This document shows, piece by piece, positions 61,413 to 64,000 of a stretch of DNA of 64,000 nt; positions within the stretch are counted from its first letter, which is position 1, and each line of letters begins with the position of its first letter. The position numbers and the translations under genes were made by a program. This stretch comes from Guillardia theta CCMP2712 (lineage: Eukaryota > Protista > Cryptophyta): assembly GCF_000315625.1 (NCBI RefSeq), contig NW_005434587.1:62001-126000 (forward strand), written 5' to 3'. The notes beneath the pieces are model-generated. The model did no database searches, had not been told where the DNA came from, and saw only the letters and a program-made list of their open reading frames with translations.

Positions 61413-63319
61413 ATGAAGAAGCTGATGCAGCTGCGTGCAAGGGCGAATGGCAACAAATTCATTTTCACGATTGTCATCCGGACTGTACGTGTAGATCCAT
61501 CAGTGAAGCTGGAGGTCATCTAGACATCTGTCAAGCATACCTTGATTGCTAAACCTTCTGTATAGGACTTTGAGGCCTCGGTTTCGATTCATCGTGGCTC
61601 GAACCTCGTCGAAACAAAAATACAGCCCATTATGAACAAAAAGATAACATGGAACGAGACTTTTGAAATTCTATGCACACTTTACAGGTCAGTGATTGTC
61701 CAATCCTTCCTTGCTGTCTGATTCATGTATGCTGTCTGATTCATGAATGCTGTCTAGGACTAAGGAGGGCGACTTCCAAGAAAAGATCGCAAAGATCCAG
61801 CTGAGGGGATCTCATGAATCATACAGCACAGGTGCGTCAAAGGCTACGGGCCCGGTCTTGGCATCGGCAAAGGTTTGATTTCTTTGAATTGCTCCTTAAG
61901 AACCAACTCATCGCACAAGAACAGTTTGATTTGACAAAAGCTGCGAGCACAACCTTCGAAGGGAAGGTGATGGACTTTGACGTGGCGTTGAACTCGAAAG
62001 TACTCCATTCCTCTTCAACGGTGTCAACTTTCGGCACCATGAGCTTACAGATAAGATCAAGGTAGACGTAGGTACAACTCCTGTGACGTAAGCTCATCCT
62101 GGCGTTTCCCTGAAAGATATTTTGGAGCTGGTGTGGAGCAAATCAACGAAATGTCGACGAATCTAGATGATGTTTGGGCCGTGAGATGGTTTTCATTCCA
62201 CTGATTCGAGTTATCAGAGCCTCCATCTTCAGACTCCAGTCAGACACAGCTTGTCCTCAACCCCGAAGGAACCAAAGGAGTACCCCGAGAAACTCCCTTC
62301 TCTCAACCCGGATGTGATATCTCTTTTCCTCCCACTGCTCTCCTCCCCGTGATGCCAGGAGCAGGAGCCTAGCTTTCCGGGACTTCGGGGAACGACGAGA
62401 TACAAGGTCACTTGCATCTACTACATTGAAGTCATCTCATTGCCCAGCAGGCTACAACTGGTAATTCTGTGTCCAGGGACTCACTGGAAATCGAGGAGGT
62501 ACACGGTAAAACTGTTTGCATGGGGGATGATAAGGGTCACAGGAAGAGACAAACTCGCCTTTCACACCCGATGAGTCAGCGATCGAAGTAGTTCAGAACC
62601 TTCGAGAGCCAGTCAAGGTCCTCCTGAATCCCAGAGAGATGAGGGAGCTGAAGAAGTCAGAAACACGTGAATGGCGCTTGTTCGCGAGGCCCCGCACTGA
62701 GAAAGTCAGCAGTTCATGAAGCGGATGAGGCCATCGCGAAAACAAAGATGCATCATCATTATGAAGAGGTGATCCGCTCTGCCCAGAGAAGTGAGCGGTC
62801 AACTCTCATGCAAGAGCGAGAGGTGCTTTGCTGCGTTCTATTCCGATCAGTCTGATAGAGGTGTGTTGGTGAACACAGATAGACCATCTCAAAGGCATGA
62901 TAGAGAAGTGCAAGGCCGAGATCTACCACCGAGACAAGATCATACAGGGCCTTCAACTGAGCGAGTATAACCTCCGATTGCAAGTGGCCTCGCTCAACTC
63001 TCGCATGAGTGAAACGGCGAGGTACCTACGAGTCTAAGGAGGCAAGAGTTTTTATCTTCTCACTGTGTTGCAAGGCAAGAAAACGGGGCATCCGAAACAA
63101 ACCTCTCTCACGACATACAGGAGGTGGCTGATATCTGACATTCTTTCGCCTAATCTGAAAATTCTTAGGCAATTGCAAGTGAGACTGAACGTCTTACACT
63201 TGCGTATCTGCCTGTGATCAGGTCAAAGATGTGATTCTTGCGTAATACTTTAATAATCTCTGCTCAGGGACCTCATGAAAGAGCTTGAGGATACAAGATT
63301 TCACCAGCAGTATCGATGA
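61413..63319 (+). CDS. NT-C2 (EEIG1/EHBP1-type) domain protein with C-terminal coiled coil, multi-exon
   Basis: MKKLMQLRARANGNKFIFTIVIRTV, VSIHRGS...ITWNETFEILCTLYR/TKEGDFQEK, LIAQEQFDLTKAA and GTMSLQIRSR. Last exon DLMKELEDTRFHQQYR*. Confidence 0.7.
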
Positions 63320-63769
63320 TGCATCAGAAAGAACGGTCTACCAAATATTCTTTCTTTGGTTCTCCGTGCCAAACTCGTGTACTATTCTACATTGCCCTGC
63401 GGAAAGAAGCGCCTGTCTGCATGGCAAGATTTCTTGTAGTTGCAAAGCAAATTTGTTGCATTCTCCTCCCCTCCCTCCCTCCCTCCATCGCTCGCTCCCT
63501 CTTCAGTTCTTCCATATCCCCATCATAAACCCCGCTATACCTATCACGTTGACCAACAACCAGAAATCGTTTCTTCCCTCCCTCCCTCCACCCACCCACC
63601 CAACTTTCCCGTTCCTCTCCTCCATTTCATCTCCATTGCCAGTGCCCCCTTTCGTTCTACCCCTGAACTACCCCATATATTGAGGACAAATACACCGGTG
63701 GTAAGTGGTGCCTTGCTTCCATGTAATGCGGGCGTATCGGACAAGGACCTGCAAAGAAGGAGGAGGGAG

Positions 63770-64000
63770 ATGAGAAGGAGAAGTTCGCCGACTGTCCTGC
63801 TCATCATCATGGCAGCAGTTCTCATGTCCCTTCCTTCCCTCCAGGGGAACAGCAAAGTCCTCCTCCTACCCCTCGCTCGACGGGATCATTGTTCCCTTGG
63901 GTTCAGGTTGCGAGGGGGTAAGGACCAGGATGATGGCGAAATGGAGGGTTCGTTCGAGATGGAGGAGGAGGAGTCGATCCCCTTCATCTCTTCTGACAAG
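63770..64000 (+). CDS. 5' end of a protein with signal peptide + RLRGG motif, truncated by the window end (absent from the ORF track)
   Basis: Open from ATG 63770 to the end: MRRRSSPTVLLIIMAAVLMSLPSLQGNSKVLLLPLARRDHCSLGFRLRGGKDQDDGEMEGSFEMEEEESIPFISSDK. Confidence 0.7.
   Translation, partial: MRRRSSPTVLLIIMAAVLMSLPSLQGNSKVLLLPLARRDHCSLGFRLRGGKDQDDGEMEGSFEMEEEESIPFISSDK

Noticed and set aside
1-64000. Functional gene cluster (e.g. flagellar: EML, ARL16, Sfi1-like, channel)
   Set aside because: The genes are dispersed among unrelated housekeeping genes, which is expected by chance in a flagellate genome.

Overview
Gene-dense eukaryotic nuclear DNA with many short (about 45-60 nt) spliceosomal introns, simple-sequence tracts and two assembly gaps. 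The style suggests a cryptophyte alga such as Guillardia; this is an inference. About 20 genes are present: an EML/HELP-WD40 protein, SRP19, a TPR-GT41 (OGT-like) glycosyltransferase with an apparent signal peptide, ribosomal protein L33, an HNH-domain protein, ARL16, two mitochondrial carriers, an EF-hand protein, a second ARF-like GTPase, a coiled-coil protein, a >3000-aa repeat surface protein, DUS2, PFK-2/FBPase-2, an Sfi1-repeat protein, a four-domain NALCN/Cch1-like channel, a GlpF-type MIP and an NT-C2 protein. The most notable observations are: (i) a channel with a D-D-K-D filter and a C2 domain in the II-III linker; (ii) two unrelated proteins with a signal peptide followed by a ubiquitin-tail-like (K/R)LRGG motif; (iii) GA-AG introns required to restore conserved proteins; (iv) a possibly secretory OGT; and (v) polar bipartite intergenic elements. 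I saw no rRNA, tRNA, CRISPR array or intact transposase. Exon structures were read by eye, so the ends of multi-exon genes are approximate.
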